From Spirochaetota bacterium (GTDB lineage Bacteria > Spirochaetota > UBA4802 > UBA5550), in the NCBI GenBank assembly GCA_963664815.2, contig CAXXHB010000003.1, forward strand, positions 3,712,001 through 3,776,000: a stretch of 64,000 nt of DNA, given 5' to 3'. Made by a program: the position numbers and the translations under genes. Under the pieces are notes generated by a model that searched no databases, was not told the origin of the DNA, and saw nothing but the letters and a program-made list of their open reading frames with translations. Shown here piece by piece: positions 19,820-30,281 of the stretch (position 1 is the stretch's first letter; every line of letters starts with the position of its first letter).

Positions 19820-21292
19820 TTATAAAGTACCCCCGGTTCTGCAATTATCACAGTTCCCGCATTCTGAAAGCCCCATTCCGAAATATCGGTATATAGTCTC
19901 CCTTCTGCAATCACTGCTCTTTGCATAATTGACAATATCTATCAGTCTCTGCCTGTCCCTTTCCATTTTTGACCTTACGAATTGCTCGTCAAGCAGGTCA
20001 TCAGGGACCTCTCCAATAAGCTTCAGATTTTTGGCTTCAATGGTTCCCTCTGTTACGCCATACATATCAAAGAGATTGAGCACAGTCTGCAGCCTGTGGT
20101 CATCTCTGTGTTTATGAACAACCTTCTCCTGAATATCCTCATATTCATATGAATTAACATGCTCACCAAGCGAATTGAGAAGAGAATAGACATTCCTGAT
20201 GAATATAATATCGGGATTTTTCCACTGGAGAAAGCTTATCTGCACAGCAAGATCATCCTGCCCATAAAGCAGGATGCACCTTGTTTTTTTACCATCGCGC
20301 CCCCCCCTTCCTATTTCCTGGTAATATGATTCAATGGAATCCGGTATTTCCGCATGGATTATCATTCTTATGTCCGGCTTATCTATCCCCATCCCGAAGG
20401 CATTTGTTGCAAGCATCAACACACTCCCGGCCTCCATAAATTCCTTCTGTATTCTCTTTCTCTTTTCCGGAGCAAGTTTCCCGTGATAAATTATGTATTT
20501 TATCTTTCTCATATCAAGGAACTCCGCAAACCGCTCTATTCCCTTTATCAGATTAAAATATATAACAATAATACCAGGCTCTTCTTTTATCTGCTCGAGA
20601 ATAATATTGTATTTTTCCTCATCGTCAATGACATCAAACACTTCAAGCGAAAGATTTGGTCTGCATATACCCTCATTAAATATTTTAATCTCACCCGCAT
20701 CGATACCAGTCTTCTCTATAATATCCTTCTGCACATGAACAGTTGCTGTTGCAGTGAGAGCAATCGTAACAGGATTGCCGATAATCCTTCTGAATTCTCC
20801 TATTCTTGAGTAATCCGGGCGGAAATCGTTACCCCACTGGCTTACGCAATGAGCTTCATCAAGGGCGAGAAGTGAAATCTCTCTCTGTTTTATTGCATCA
20901 AGGAATCCCTTCTTCCTGAAACGTTCAGGTGAAACATAGAGTAACTTATAATTACCGTTTTTTATCCTGCTATAGCGCTTCTCTCTTTCGCTTTTGCCGA
21001 GGGATGAATTGACAAAGGAAGCATCAATTCCAAGCTTCTTCAGCTGGTCTACCTGGTCCTTCATCAGCGCAATAAGCGGTGAAATTACTATTGTGAGCCC
21101 GTCAAATATCAGGGCCGGAAGCTGGTAACAGAGCGATTTCCCCATTCCTGTGGGCATAAGCACCAGCGAATGTTCCCCATCAAGCGTACGGAGGATCACC
21201 TCCTTCTGTGACGGCCTGAATTCTTCAGCACCGAATGACTCACGGAGAACTCTGTATATTTTCTCTTCATCAGATATCATGTTATGCTCCAT
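19820..21292 (-). CDS. recQ: RecQ family ATP-dependent DNA helicase (short form, no HRDC)
   Basis: MPTGMGKSLCYQLP, DEAHCVSQWGNDFRPDY, ATNAFGMGIDK, QEIGRGGRDG, Zn-binding CRR..CGNCDNC. Confidence 0.93.
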   Translation of the reverse strand: MEHNMISDEEKIYRVLRESFGAEEFRPSQKEVILRTLDGEHSLVLMPTGMGKSLCYQLPALIFDGLTIVISPLIALMKDQVDQLKKLGIDASFVNSSLGKSEREKRYSRIKNGNYKLLYVSPERFRKKGFLDAIKQREISLLALDEAHCVSQWGNDFRPDYSRIGEFRRIIGNPVTIALTATATVHVQKDIIEKTGIDAGEIKIFNEGICRPNLSLEVFDVIDDEEKYNIILEQIKEEPGIIVIYFNLIKGIERFAEFLDMRKIKYIIYHGKLAPEKRKRIQKEFMEAGSVLMLATNAFGMGIDKPDIRMIIHAEIPDSIESYYQEIGRGGRDGKKTRCILLYGQDDLAVQISFLQWKNPDIIFIRNVYSLLNSLGEHVNSYEYEDIQEKVVHKHRDDHRLQTVLNLFDMYGVTEGTIEAKNLKLIGEVPDDLLDEQFVRSKMERDRQRLIDIVNYAKSSDCRRETIYRYFGMGLSECGNCDNCRTGGTL

Positions 21293-21367
21293 AGAATTTG
21301 CAATACTTCAGATAAAAGATATTCATGGAAGCAAAATACTTAAAAAACATAAAAAAAACATATATAC

Positions 21368-21381
21368 TTGACTCAAATCAA
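21368..21381 (+). promoter_or_regulatory. FNR/CRP-family (HcpR/DNR-like) box upstream of hcp
   Basis: TTGAC-TCAA-ATCAA, one mismatch to TTGAT-N4-ATCAA, about 60 nt upstream of hcp. Confidence 0.65.
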
Positions 21382-21440
21382 GGATATCCACCCGGAAATT
21401 TGTTAATTTATTTTTATCAATAACAATGGAGGATCAGATT

Positions 21441-23069
21441 ATGAGTATGTTCTGTTTTCAATGTCAGGAAACTGCAAAAAATCATGGGTGTGAAATAAAA
21501 GGGGTCTGCGGGAAAGAGGCAGCAACCGCAACACTTCAGGACCTTTTAATATTTAATCTGAAAGGTATAGCTTTTCTTTCGGAAATGAAAATGAAAAACG
21601 GGAAAGATATCACAGGCGCTTCAAAGTTTATTATTGATTCACTCTTTACTACAATAACAAATGCGAATTTTGACAATGAGCGTTTTATTGAGCTTATCGA
21701 CGAATCAATTAAAATAAAAAAAGAACTCCTCTCTTCCGCCGGGAGCTCTCTTCCTGAAGCCGCAACATGGATCAACCAGGAAAACAGTGACCTGTCGATA
21801 AAAGGTTCAGGCGTGGGTGTTCTTTCAACTGAGAATGAAGATGTCAGATCTTTACGGGAATTGCTGATTTATGGCCTTAAAGGTGTAGCAGCATATACTC
21901 ATCACGCTTTTGTTCTCGGATATGAAGATAAGGATGTGTATAATTTTATAGTTGAAGGTATGGCATCAACCCTCAAAGATCTGACAATTGATGAAATGGT
22001 TGCCGTTGTCCTTAAATGCGGAGATACTGCCGTAAAAGCAATGGCGCTGCTCGATAAAGCAAACACTGAGACATATGGCAATCCCGAACTTACAAAGGTT
22101 AATATAGGTGTCAGGGCAAATCCCGGCATTCTCATATCCGGTCACGATCTTAAAGATATGGAGGAGCTTCTGAAGCAGACAGAGAATACCGGAATTGACA
22201 TTTATACTCACAGCGAAATGCTTCCGGCAAATTACTACCCTGCTTTTAAAAAGTACAGCCACTTTGCAGGCAACTATGGAAATGCATGGTGGAAACAGGG
22301 CGAAGAGTTCGATAAATTTAACGGTGCAATTTTAATGACAACAAACTGTATCATCCCCGTGAAGGATACATATAAAGACAGAATATATACAACAGGGATG
22401 GCGGGCTACCCCGGAATAAAGCATATTACCGACAGGAAAGCCGGTGGAGTAAAGGACTTTTCTGAAGTAATAAACAGAGCGAAAAAATGCCCACCCCCTG
22501 TTGAGATAGAAAAGGGTGAAATAACAGGGGGTTTTGCGCACAATCAGGTCTTTGCTCTTGCAGATAAAGTCGTCGAAGCGGTAAAGAGCGGTGCTATAAA
22601 AAGATTTGTTGTAATGGCAGGATGCGACGGAAGAATGAAATCAAGAGAATACTTTACAAATGTGGCAGAGGGGCTCCCGGAGGGAACAGTTATCCTCACC
22701 GCCGGATGCGCAAAATACAGGTATAACAAACTGAATTTAGGAGACATTAACGGAATACCAAGAGTACTTGATGCGGGTCAGTGCAACGACTCCTATTCAC
22801 TTGCACTTATCGCGCTTAAACTAAAGGATATATTCGGGCTCAGCGATGTCAATGAACTTCCTTTATCATTTGATATTGCATGGTATGAACAGAAAGCAGT
22901 AGCTGTTTTGCTTGCTCTGCTTGCTCTCGGATTTAAGGGTATGAGACTGGGGCCCACTCTCCCGGCGTTCCTGTCGCCTAATGTTGCCAGGGTACTGATA
23001 GATAATTTCAATATAAAAGGGACAGGTGAGGTCTCTACAGACATTGATTCAATGATGGCAGGGAAATAA
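21441..23069 (+). CDS. hcp: hydroxylamine reductase / hybrid-cluster (prismane) protein
   Basis: [13 protein letters not shown]...[44 protein letters not shown]; RBS GGAGG before ATG 21441 (ORF track start 21426). Confidence 0.96.
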   Translation: MSMFCFQCQETAKNHGCEIKGVCGKEAATATLQDLLIFNLKGIAFLSEMKMKNGKDITGASKFIIDSLFTTITNANFDNERFIELIDESIKIKKELLSSAGSSLPEAATWINQENSDLSIKGSGVGVLSTENEDVRSLRELLIYGLKGVAAYTHHAFVLGYEDKDVYNFIVEGMASTLKDLTIDEMVAVVLKCGDTAVKAMALLDKANTETYGNPELTKVNIGVRANPGILISGHDLKDMEELLKQTENTGIDIYTHSEMLPANYYPAFKKYSHFAGNYGNAWWKQGEEFDKFNGAILMTTNCIIPVKDTYKDRIYTTGMAGYPGIKHITDRKAGGVKDFSEVINRAKKCPPPVEIEKGEITGGFAHNQVFALADKVVEAVKSGAIKRFVVMAGCDGRMKSREYFTNVAEGLPEGTVILTAGCAKYRYNKLNLGDINGIPRVLDAGQCNDSYSLALIALKLKDIFGLSDVNELPLSFDIAWYEQKAVAVLLALLALGFKGMRLGPTLPAFLSPNVARVLIDNFNIKGTGEVSTDIDSMMAGK

Positions 23070-23133
23070 TATAAGTATGGGTCGGAGCATTGGATGAAAA
23101 TGTTCTGACCTTTTTCCATATGATTTTATTTGT

Positions 23134-23715
23134 TTATTCTTCACTCCTCTTCTGATTACTTTTCTCCACATACCATCCGGTGGAAACGACTGAGATAATT
23201 CTGTCGGCCATCTGATCGGCGAGACTGTTTATTGCCCTGAATTCGTTCATAACCGGGGGTGTTATTTCCGAGTACACAAAATCGGACTCAATTTTTTTAT
23301 TTTTTATCTTTTCCTCTCCGGTCTGAGTGGATATAAGCCAGACATATGAACAAAGCCGTAATTTTGTAACTTCAACTTCACCCGAAGAATTATATTTCAC
23401 CGCTTCAGAGGAATAATTCCCGAGATCTATTCTTAGCGTCATATCACTTTTTTCCGCTGAATCAACTACTGCAAGTTTTTCACCAAGATTAATTTTTCTT
23501 TTTAAAGATGAATTAAGAGCCTCCGTTAAGGTAATATTTATATTTTCATTCGTTATTTTGTCGATGTATATCCTGTTAACCGCTTCAGGAAGAAAACGGT
23601 TTCCTTTAAAAATCCTGGATATAACAGGAGCATCTTTTTCAGCAGTAGAACAGCTGCAAACGATAACTGATAAAATCAGAAGAATGTGTTTAAATAGTTC
23701 CGGTTTTCTGCACAT
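23134..23715 (-). CDS. LptE-like LPS-assembly lipoprotein
   Basis: Signal peptide with lipobox-like CSC; IYIDKITNE..LTEAL pattern and C-terminal LADQMADRII..V..GW typical of LptE-fold lipoproteins. Confidence 0.65.
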   Translation of the reverse strand: MCRKPELFKHILLILSVIVCSCSTAEKDAPVISRIFKGNRFLPEAVNRIYIDKITNENINITLTEALNSSLKRKINLGEKLAVVDSAEKSDMTLRIDLGNYSSEAVKYNSSGEVEVTKLRLCSYVWLISTQTGEEKIKNKKIESDFVYSEITPPVMNEFRAINSLADQMADRIISVVSTGWYVEKSNQKRSEE

Positions 23716-23830
23716 AATTTATACGCCTCATATTAAAACGCATATTCATTAAATATCAATAACAATTCTGCAATGATATAATTTTTTTCCCGTCGATGAC
23801 AGCTGTTAACGATTGGATCAGCTCATTTTC

Positions 23831-23966
23831 CGTCATTCCCGCGGAGGGGGAGATCCCATAGAATATGTATTATGAGACTCCGGCAGTACAGCCACAACGG
23901 CTGCCTGCATGCACGAAACAGGATGATTGTTTAATGCCTGCTTTCGTTATCACTACGTCCGGAATG
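23831..23966 (+). repeat. 136-bp REP/MITE-like element, copy 1
   Basis: Aligns without gaps to the reverse complement of 53324-53459 (about 111/136 identical by manual count); starts CGTCATTCC and ends CCGGAATG. Confidence 0.85.
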
Positions 23967-23978
23967 CCGGTATATAAA

Positions 23979-24284
23979 TCAGTCGAAGTAATATGGCTGC
24001 ATAAAATATACCGCCAGATAAAGTTTATCCCCTTCAAATATGCATCTTAAAATCTGCCCTGATAATTCTCTTGCATCGGCATCAGGAGTATTAATTTTAA
24101 ATGAAACGTTATCACCAATTTCAATAAATGATGGATGCGCCGGATTTTCAACTTTTAAATACGCACCATAATTGGAAATATTCTCAATTTTACAGAAAAT
24201 TGAATTAACCCTGTGATTTATTATAACATCACCCGGGATAACAAATCTTTCATATTGTCTCTTCTCAATACACATAATCCACAT
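23979..24284 (-). CDS. PilZ domain protein (c-di-GMP receptor)
   Basis: EKRQYER (RxxxR) and NISNYG (D/NxSxxG). Confidence 0.85.
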   Translation of the reverse strand: MWIMCIEKRQYERFVIPGDVIINHRVNSIFCKIENISNYGAYLKVENPAHPSFIEIGDNVSFKINTPDADARELSGQILRCIFEGDKLYLAVYFMQPYYFD

Positions 24285-24635
24285 CCTTTCAGAAAGGTTT
24301 TTGATCTTATCAGTAATAATTCCAGAATATATATTTCTATTATAGTTAATACATTACCGCTGATTAAGGCGGAGAGATTAAAATACTTTTACTTAAAAAT
24401 AAGAAATAATATTGATTTTAAGCAATTATACTTCCGCTTGTTTCATTAAATATCATCATTTAAAGTGCTGATGTCAAGCAGGGGTTTCAATTTTATTTAA
24501 AAAAACAACCATGATATTTTTTCAATTTTACTGGAACTTCATCCGTTTGACCTGCAGGTCTGCATTAATTATTCTATGAACTTTTTTGTTAAAGAATTAT
24601 TCATATCATACCGATAGATAGATTTAAGGATATAT

Positions 24636-25112
24636 ATGATTTCAACAGACATTCAAATTATCGGGAAATTGACCGCCGGTCGTGTACTCGTAGCAAAAAA
24701 TCATGATGAAGATACTCACAACATCAATAAACAGAAAATTATTGAACAATTGAAAAAACGCGACAGCGATGTCAGGAATCACGAGATGGCACATGGAGCA
24801 AATCCCGAATTAATTACAATCGGCCCGACACAATTTGATTATACTATCGGACCTGACGGTAAGGCTTATGCAACCGGTGGGAAAGTTATACTTTCAACCG
24901 GAAGAGCAAAAACCGATGAGGAAGCCCTTGTAAAAGCCGAGGCATTAAAAAAAGCGTCCATGGCTCCCGGCGAACCTTCATCGCAGGACTTTCAGGCATG
25001 GAATGCCGCAGTCGCTATGGAATCTGAAACAATAAACCGTATATACTCCAAAAATAATAATAAAATAATTAATCCTCTTCTTAAGGGGATAAACTTTAAT
25101 ACCTACTCATAA
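24636..25112 (+). CDS. SprA-related family protein (putative metalloprotease-like, HExxH)
   Basis: LKKRDSDVRNHEMAH, GPDGKAYATGG, APGEPSSQD are characteristic of the SprA-related family. Confidence 0.8.
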   Translation: MISTDIQIIGKLTAGRVLVAKNHDEDTHNINKQKIIEQLKKRDSDVRNHEMAHGANPELITIGPTQFDYTIGPDGKAYATGGKVILSTGRAKTDEEALVKAEALKKASMAPGEPSSQDFQAWNAAVAMESETINRIYSKNNNKIINPLLKGINFNTYS

Positions 25113-25126
25113 ATACAGGAACTAAT

Positions 25127-25771
25127 ATGAAAGCAGTAATCATTGGAGCTACAGGCCTTACAGGAAATGCTCTTCTTCTTAAACTATTGACAAAAGACCA
25201 GTTTCCAGACATCACCTGTTTCGTTCGAACAATACCTGACGACAGACAGAAAAGCACAAACTACATACAGACAGATTTTGACATGATCCACTACCAGAAA
25301 TTTAAAGCCGACGTCGCATTCACCTGTCTCGGTACTACCATGAAAAATGCCGGATCAAGAGAAAAATTTTACAGAGTGGATTATTACTACAATCTTATGT
25401 TCGCGGAGGCATGCAAAGAACAGGGGGTTGAAAGATTTGTTCTGATGTCGGCACTCGGCGCCAACAGTAAATCATCAGTATTCTATAACCGGGTTAAAGG
25501 TGAACTTGAAGAAGCCATAATAAAACTTAATTTTAAAAGCCTTACCATTGTCAGACCTTCTCTTTTAGAAGGTCCAAGAATGGAGAACAGGAAGAGCGAA
25601 ATTTTAGCAAAAAAAATGATGAAACTCTTAAATCCACTTCTCATCGGAAGATTTCGCAGATACCGTTCAGTAAACATCGATAATGTTGCAGGTATAATGG
25701 CAGAATCGGCATTATTAAACTATCCCGGCGTGAGAATCATTGAAAATGAGGAAATACTTTCCTGTAAATAA
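25127..25771 (+). CDS. NAD(P)H-binding oxidoreductase (YraR/TIP30-like)
   Basis: GATGLTG, CLGTT..AGS, YNRVKGELE, RPSLL. Confidence 0.88.
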   Translation: MKAVIIGATGLTGNALLLKLLTKDQFPDITCFVRTIPDDRQKSTNYIQTDFDMIHYQKFKADVAFTCLGTTMKNAGSREKFYRVDYYYNLMFAEACKEQGVERFVLMSALGANSKSSVFYNRVKGELEEAIIKLNFKSLTIVRPSLLEGPRMENRKSEILAKKMMKLLNPLLIGRFRRYRSVNIDNVAGIMAESALLNYPGVRIIENEEILSCK

Positions 25772-25853
25772 CCTGGAAAATAAATTTCCTTTTCCCCCGG
25801 GCAGGTTCTCTCCCCCGTAAACGGGAGAAAGAACGAACCATCACAAAACCATT

Positions 25854-27434
25854 CTAAACACCCGTCCCGTTCATCGGCACCTTTTTCTGACCCGCTTTTT
25901 TCATATTCTCAAGTTTATTAATAGCATCAACAAAAGAGAAAATACCAGCCACCGAGATATCAATACTCATCCCGTTTCCAAAGACTTTAAGTATAGAACC
26001 GTTGTATTCCTCCTCTGCAGTAACAGATACCTCACAGAGAGCATCCGAACCACCTGTTATAGCAACAAGGTTAAAAGCCTTAATATACGCTTTTGTACCT
26101 GTTATCTTTTTAACGGCATTAACACCGGCATCTACACCACCATTACCATTGGCTACTTCAAAAACCTCTTCATTATTATTCTCGTTATCCTTAAGGTTTA
26201 CAAGCGCCATAGGGGGGGAAAAGAGTCCCGTAGATATCTGTATGTTGGAGACAGTATATCTCCACTTCTGATCCATCTTGTGAAGGACTTCACCTATAAT
26301 AGCCACAAGATCTTCTTCAAAAATTTCTTTTTTTCTGTCTGCTATACACTTAAATCTTGTGAAGAATGAATCAATTTCGTCAGGTTTCAGATCATAACCG
26401 AGCTCTTTTAACCTTGAAAGAACAGCATGCCTTCCCGAGTGTTTTCCCAGTACGAGTTTGGATTTGGTTATTCCTACATCTTCAGGCCTCATTATCTCGT
26501 AAGTCATTGCATGTTTCAATACTCCGTCCTGATGAATACCCGATTCATGCGCAAATGCGTTATCACCGACTATCGCCTTATTAGGCTGAACGGAAACACC
26601 AGTGATGTTAACAAGGAGTTTGCTCGAAGGGATGATAAGTTTTGTATTTATATCAGTATGAACATTAAGAATGTCACTTCTTGTCTTTATTGCCATTACC
26701 AGTTCTTCCATGGCGGTATTTCCCGCTCTCTCACCAATACCGTTTACTGTACACTCGACCTGTCTTGCGCCAGCCTGTATTGCTGAAATTGAATTCGCCA
26801 CCGCAAGTCCGAGGTCGTTATGACAATGAACTGCGATTATTGCATTATTGATATTCTTTACATTGTCAAAAAGATATCTGATCAGACTGTAATACTCATT
26901 AGGAACCGTATAACCCACAGTGTCAGGGATATTTACCGTCTTTGCACCATTTTCAATCACTGCCTGAACCATCTCCGCAAGATACTTCCTGTCACTTCTT
27001 GTTGCATCCATTGCTGAAAATTCCACATTATCAGTAAATGTTTTTGCCAACCTGACTGCTTCAACAGCCTGTTTCAGCACTTCATCCCTCGTCTTCTTCA
27101 ACTGGTACTCAATATGGATATCGGAACTTGAAATAAATGTATGAATCCTGGGGTTCACAGCTTTTTCAAGTGCCCTTGCGGCAGATTCAATGTCTTTCGC
27201 CCCGGCCCTTGCAAGTCCTGCCACCTGTACTTTTCTCACTTTTTCAGCAATAAGGCTCACCGCCTCAAAATCTCCATCTGAAATAACAGGAAAACCAGCC
27301 TCAATAATATCCACTCCGAGTCTCTCCAGCTGATCTGCAAAAATAAGTTTTTCTTCAATGTTCATGCTGAATCCCGGGGACTGTTCTCCATCTCTCAGCG
27401 TTGTATCAAAAATATAAATTTTATCTCCATCCAT
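25854..27434 (-). CDS. leuA: 2-isopropylmalate synthase
   Basis: DTTLRDGEQSPG, PDTVG, HCHNDLG, NGIGERAGN, AFAHESGIHQDG, GKHSG; upstream Leu attenuator. Confidence 0.96.
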   Translation of the reverse strand: MDGDKIYIFDTTLRDGEQSPGFSMNIEEKLIFADQLERLGVDIIEAGFPVISDGDFEAVSLIAEKVRKVQVAGLARAGAKDIESAARALEKAVNPRIHTFISSSDIHIEYQLKKTRDEVLKQAVEAVRLAKTFTDNVEFSAMDATRSDRKYLAEMVQAVIENGAKTVNIPDTVGYTVPNEYYSLIRYLFDNVKNINNAIIAVHCHNDLGLAVANSISAIQAGARQVECTVNGIGERAGNTAMEELVMAIKTRSDILNVHTDINTKLIIPSSKLLVNITGVSVQPNKAIVGDNAFAHESGIHQDGVLKHAMTYEIMRPEDVGITKSKLVLGKHSGRHAVLSRLKELGYDLKPDEIDSFFTRFKCIADRKKEIFEEDLVAIIGEVLHKMDQKWRYTVSNIQISTGLFSPPMALVNLKDNENNNEEVFEVANGNGGVDAGVNAVKKITGTKAYIKAFNLVAITGGSDALCEVSVTAEEEYNGSILKVFGNGMSIDISVAGIFSFVDAINKLENMKKAGQKKVPMNGTGV

Positions 27435-27604
27435 AATTAATCTCCTGATTTATCTTATTTCATAATAACTTAAAAGGCCCCCTGATGGGACAAAACCATA
27501 ATCCCTTCCAAGTCAGGGGATACGACGGCTGTTGTAAAGCATTCATTCTTCTATTCTAAGCCTATACGGGAAACTCATTCCCTTCACCTCCGGACTTATC
27601 CATA

Positions 27605-27641
27605 AAATAAAAAAGGCCGTCACTTTTTTCGTGACGGCCTT
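27605..27641 (-). terminator. leu attenuator terminator hairpin
   Basis: Minus strand AAGGCCGTCAC-GAAAAAA-GTGACGGCCTT followed by a U-run, just downstream of the leader peptide. Confidence 0.9.
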
Positions 27642-27668
27642 CTAAGAATTCTTATTTAGCAGTAGACA

Positions 27669-27746
27669 TCACGAAATCACGCCGGCTTTAAGCAGGCTAA
27701 GAAGGAGAAGACCGAGTAATAAACTTTTATGATTTAGTGATTTCAT
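27669..27746 (-). CDS. leuL: leu operon leader peptide (25 aa)
   Basis: MKSLNHKSLLLGLLLLSLLKAGVIS*, 10 Leu codons, AAGGA RBS. TTTCGTGA at its end can pair with TCACGAAA in the terminator (antiterminator). Confidence 0.88.
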   Translation of the reverse strand: MKSLNHKSLLLGLLLLSLLKAGVIS

Positions 27747-27851
27747 TTTTATCCTTATATTATCAATTAAATTCTCGGCCGGAAGTTGTCAATAAAAAAT
27801 GGTGTATACTTATTTTTTTTAAATAAAAAATTTATTCCGGGAAATAAATTT

Positions 27852-29582
27852 TCAGAGCTTCCCGAATTTCCCTTCAAAGCCGGCTTTATAGATTTTTAAA
27901 CCCAGTTTATTCTGCTGTTCGATTATCTCCTGAAGAATTTCAGGGGTCGTGAGAGGATTGATAGTTATCGCCCTGAGAATAACACAGTCCTGATAAAAAT
28001 AAAGAGGACAATCAATCATAGTTCTGGATACAAAACTTTCATCCTCCTCCCTTATTGCTTTATGCAGTTCAGTGTTAAGTTCATTAAGTACAATATTAAT
28101 ATTCTCAATTTTACGGAGGTACTTAACCTTTACAAGATCATTTTTACGTTCACTGAGTTCTTCGTTTTCAATCTTAGCCATTAGCCTGTTCAGCTTTTCC
28201 TTAATTTTTTTAGGGATAAACCTGTAATTAAAAATAAAGAGTTCAGGCTGGTTCATTGCCTCAAAGTTGCAATGCATCTCCACAAGACCCCTTAAAACAG
28301 ATGTAAGTTTAAAGGCATTATCAAAAATAAGTTTGAAGCCGTCACGACCGAAAATTTTAATTGTTGCCCATGGTTTCAGTGAAGCAAAGGGACGGGATCC
28401 CTCAAGCGAATGGCGTCCCAGATCCATCGAATCCGGCCTTATAATATAATTGGAATAATGCTGTATAGCTTTGAGCTCTGTTCCATTCCTGAAGAAGACC
28501 ATCCCAAGTGAAGGGGGTGCATACAGAAGTTTATGCGCATCAACAGTAACAGAATCGGCGTTCTCAATTCCGGCAAAGAGATACCTGTATTCATCAGCAA
28601 GAAGAACCGAACCTCCCCATGCGGCATCTACATGAAAAAATATTTTATATTTTTTTGCTATTATCCCCATCTCATGGAGATTATCAATATTGCCGGTTTC
28701 AGTTGTACCGGCGATACCAACCATTGCTATAATTTTTGTTTTTGGTCCGCCACTCCTGTTTGTAGCTTCAATTTCTATAATTGTCTTTTCAAGCTTTATC
28801 AGATCTATTTTGTTTTTTGAATCCACCGGAATTTTTATTACATTCTGGTTCCCCAGACCAAGCGACCTTCCTACTTTTTCAATTGAATAGTGTCCTCTTC
28901 TTGATACGAGTATCACTGCTCTTTCATAACCATAATATTTGTATGCTTCAAACAATCCGGCTTCTCTTATACCGGGAAATTTTCCATCAGGCCCGAATGC
29001 CATATTCCGTGCAATCATCAAAGCTGTAAAATTGGCCATTGTCCCGTCCAGGGTAATATTCCCCAGTACAGTTTCCCTGTTCTGGATGTTGTCTTTATAA
29101 AATTTCGGAGAGCGGTTGAAAACTATACGATGCATCCATGAAAGAAATTGCTTTTCAAGAAAGGTTGATGCTTTAGCCGATTCTATCTTCACCTGGTTCT
29201 GGTTCAATGCCGCAATGATCATTTCAAGCAGTATAACAAAATAGGGAACTGCGCTGGTCATATGCCCTATATAATAAGGATTCGCAACTTTAACCGAATG
29301 AGATATCACATTATTTTTAACTTCATATAAAACGTTTTTTAAACGCTGCGGTGTTTCGGGAACATCAATTTTTGAAAATAATTTGGCCAGATCAGGGAGA
29401 AGAATTGAACTGTGGATTCCCCCTTTTTCTGTAAAAAAATTATGTATCATATCAAGAAGTTCATTGCCGAACTCATGAAATTTGTCTGCGGAATCAGGCA
29501 TTATAAAAAGCTTTCTGATCTGTTCCATATCTAACGGGATGTCATCTCTTCTTTTATTGTATTGTTTTACGTTTGAGTACAT
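27852..29582 (-). CDS. group II PLP-dependent decarboxylase, PanP-like (putative aspartate 1-decarboxylase)
   Basis: IGHMTSA, LNQNQVKIESAK, GIAGTTETGNID, HVDAAWGG, DAHK (PLP Lys), LEGSRP. Confidence 0.85.
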   Translation of the reverse strand: MYSNVKQYNKRRDDIPLDMEQIRKLFIMPDSADKFHEFGNELLDMIHNFFTEKGGIHSSILLPDLAKLFSKIDVPETPQRLKNVLYEVKNNVISHSVKVANPYYIGHMTSAVPYFVILLEMIIAALNQNQVKIESAKASTFLEKQFLSWMHRIVFNRSPKFYKDNIQNRETVLGNITLDGTMANFTALMIARNMAFGPDGKFPGIREAGLFEAYKYYGYERAVILVSRRGHYSIEKVGRSLGLGNQNVIKIPVDSKNKIDLIKLEKTIIEIEATNRSGGPKTKIIAMVGIAGTTETGNIDNLHEMGIIAKKYKIFFHVDAAWGGSVLLADEYRYLFAGIENADSVTVDAHKLLYAPPSLGMVFFRNGTELKAIQHYSNYIIRPDSMDLGRHSLEGSRPFASLKPWATIKIFGRDGFKLIFDNAFKLTSVLRGLVEMHCNFEAMNQPELFIFNYRFIPKKIKEKLNRLMAKIENEELSERKNDLVKVKYLRKIENINIVLNELNTELHKAIREEDESFVSRTMIDCPLYFYQDCVILRAITINPLTTPEILQEIIEQQNKLGLKIYKAGFEGKFGKL

Positions 29583-30281
29583 ATTATATAATGCCTTAAA
29601 ATTTTTTGCCAGTTAATTAGTTAATTTTTATTTTACAAGATATTTTTATAAATTCAAACTTAAACAGGGGCAGGAATAATAAACTTATGTTTAAAAAATT
29701 ACTAAATGGCAGATTTTATATATAATTCTGTATTTTCCAGAGACCTATATTGATAAAACCTGAATTTGTTTAACTATAGTAATCGCCTGCTTTTCAATAA
29801 AAAATCTGAACTGTACTGATATTTTATGTAATGTGCTCCTTTATGGACGCGTTTTTTTTAATAATTACAAATACTCAATAAAAATTAAAAAATATATTCT
29901 TACTCATAACATTATATTCGCAGTATAATCTTACTAATCATAATTTTTACATTGATTTTTAATATGTAATGCAAAATAACAACCCAAATAACATACAAAA
30001 TGTAAGAATTTATGGCAAAAAACAGTATTTCTTTTTGACAAATCTCAATACTCTTTTAAATTATGACTACTTTTTTAATTTTTTAAAACCGGCTAAAATT
30101 GCAGAGCTGCAATAGCTCATATTAGTAATTCATTCGGTTAGATTTTCAGGTTATATTATAATTGATCCGGCTTTCGGCATATAACATACAACAACCATTC
30201 TGCCTTACAGAATTAGCACAGGCCAACTGTTGCGCCTGTTCTATAATATAGTGCAAAAAATATATTTTTACGGGGTAAAAG

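Noticed and set aside
29583-30281. Possible riboswitch, ncRNA or sigma-54 promoter in the 700-bp intergenic region
   Set aside because: Only short hairpins (e.g. ACAGGC/GCCTGT); no recognisable riboswitch consensus and no correctly spaced GG-N10-GC.
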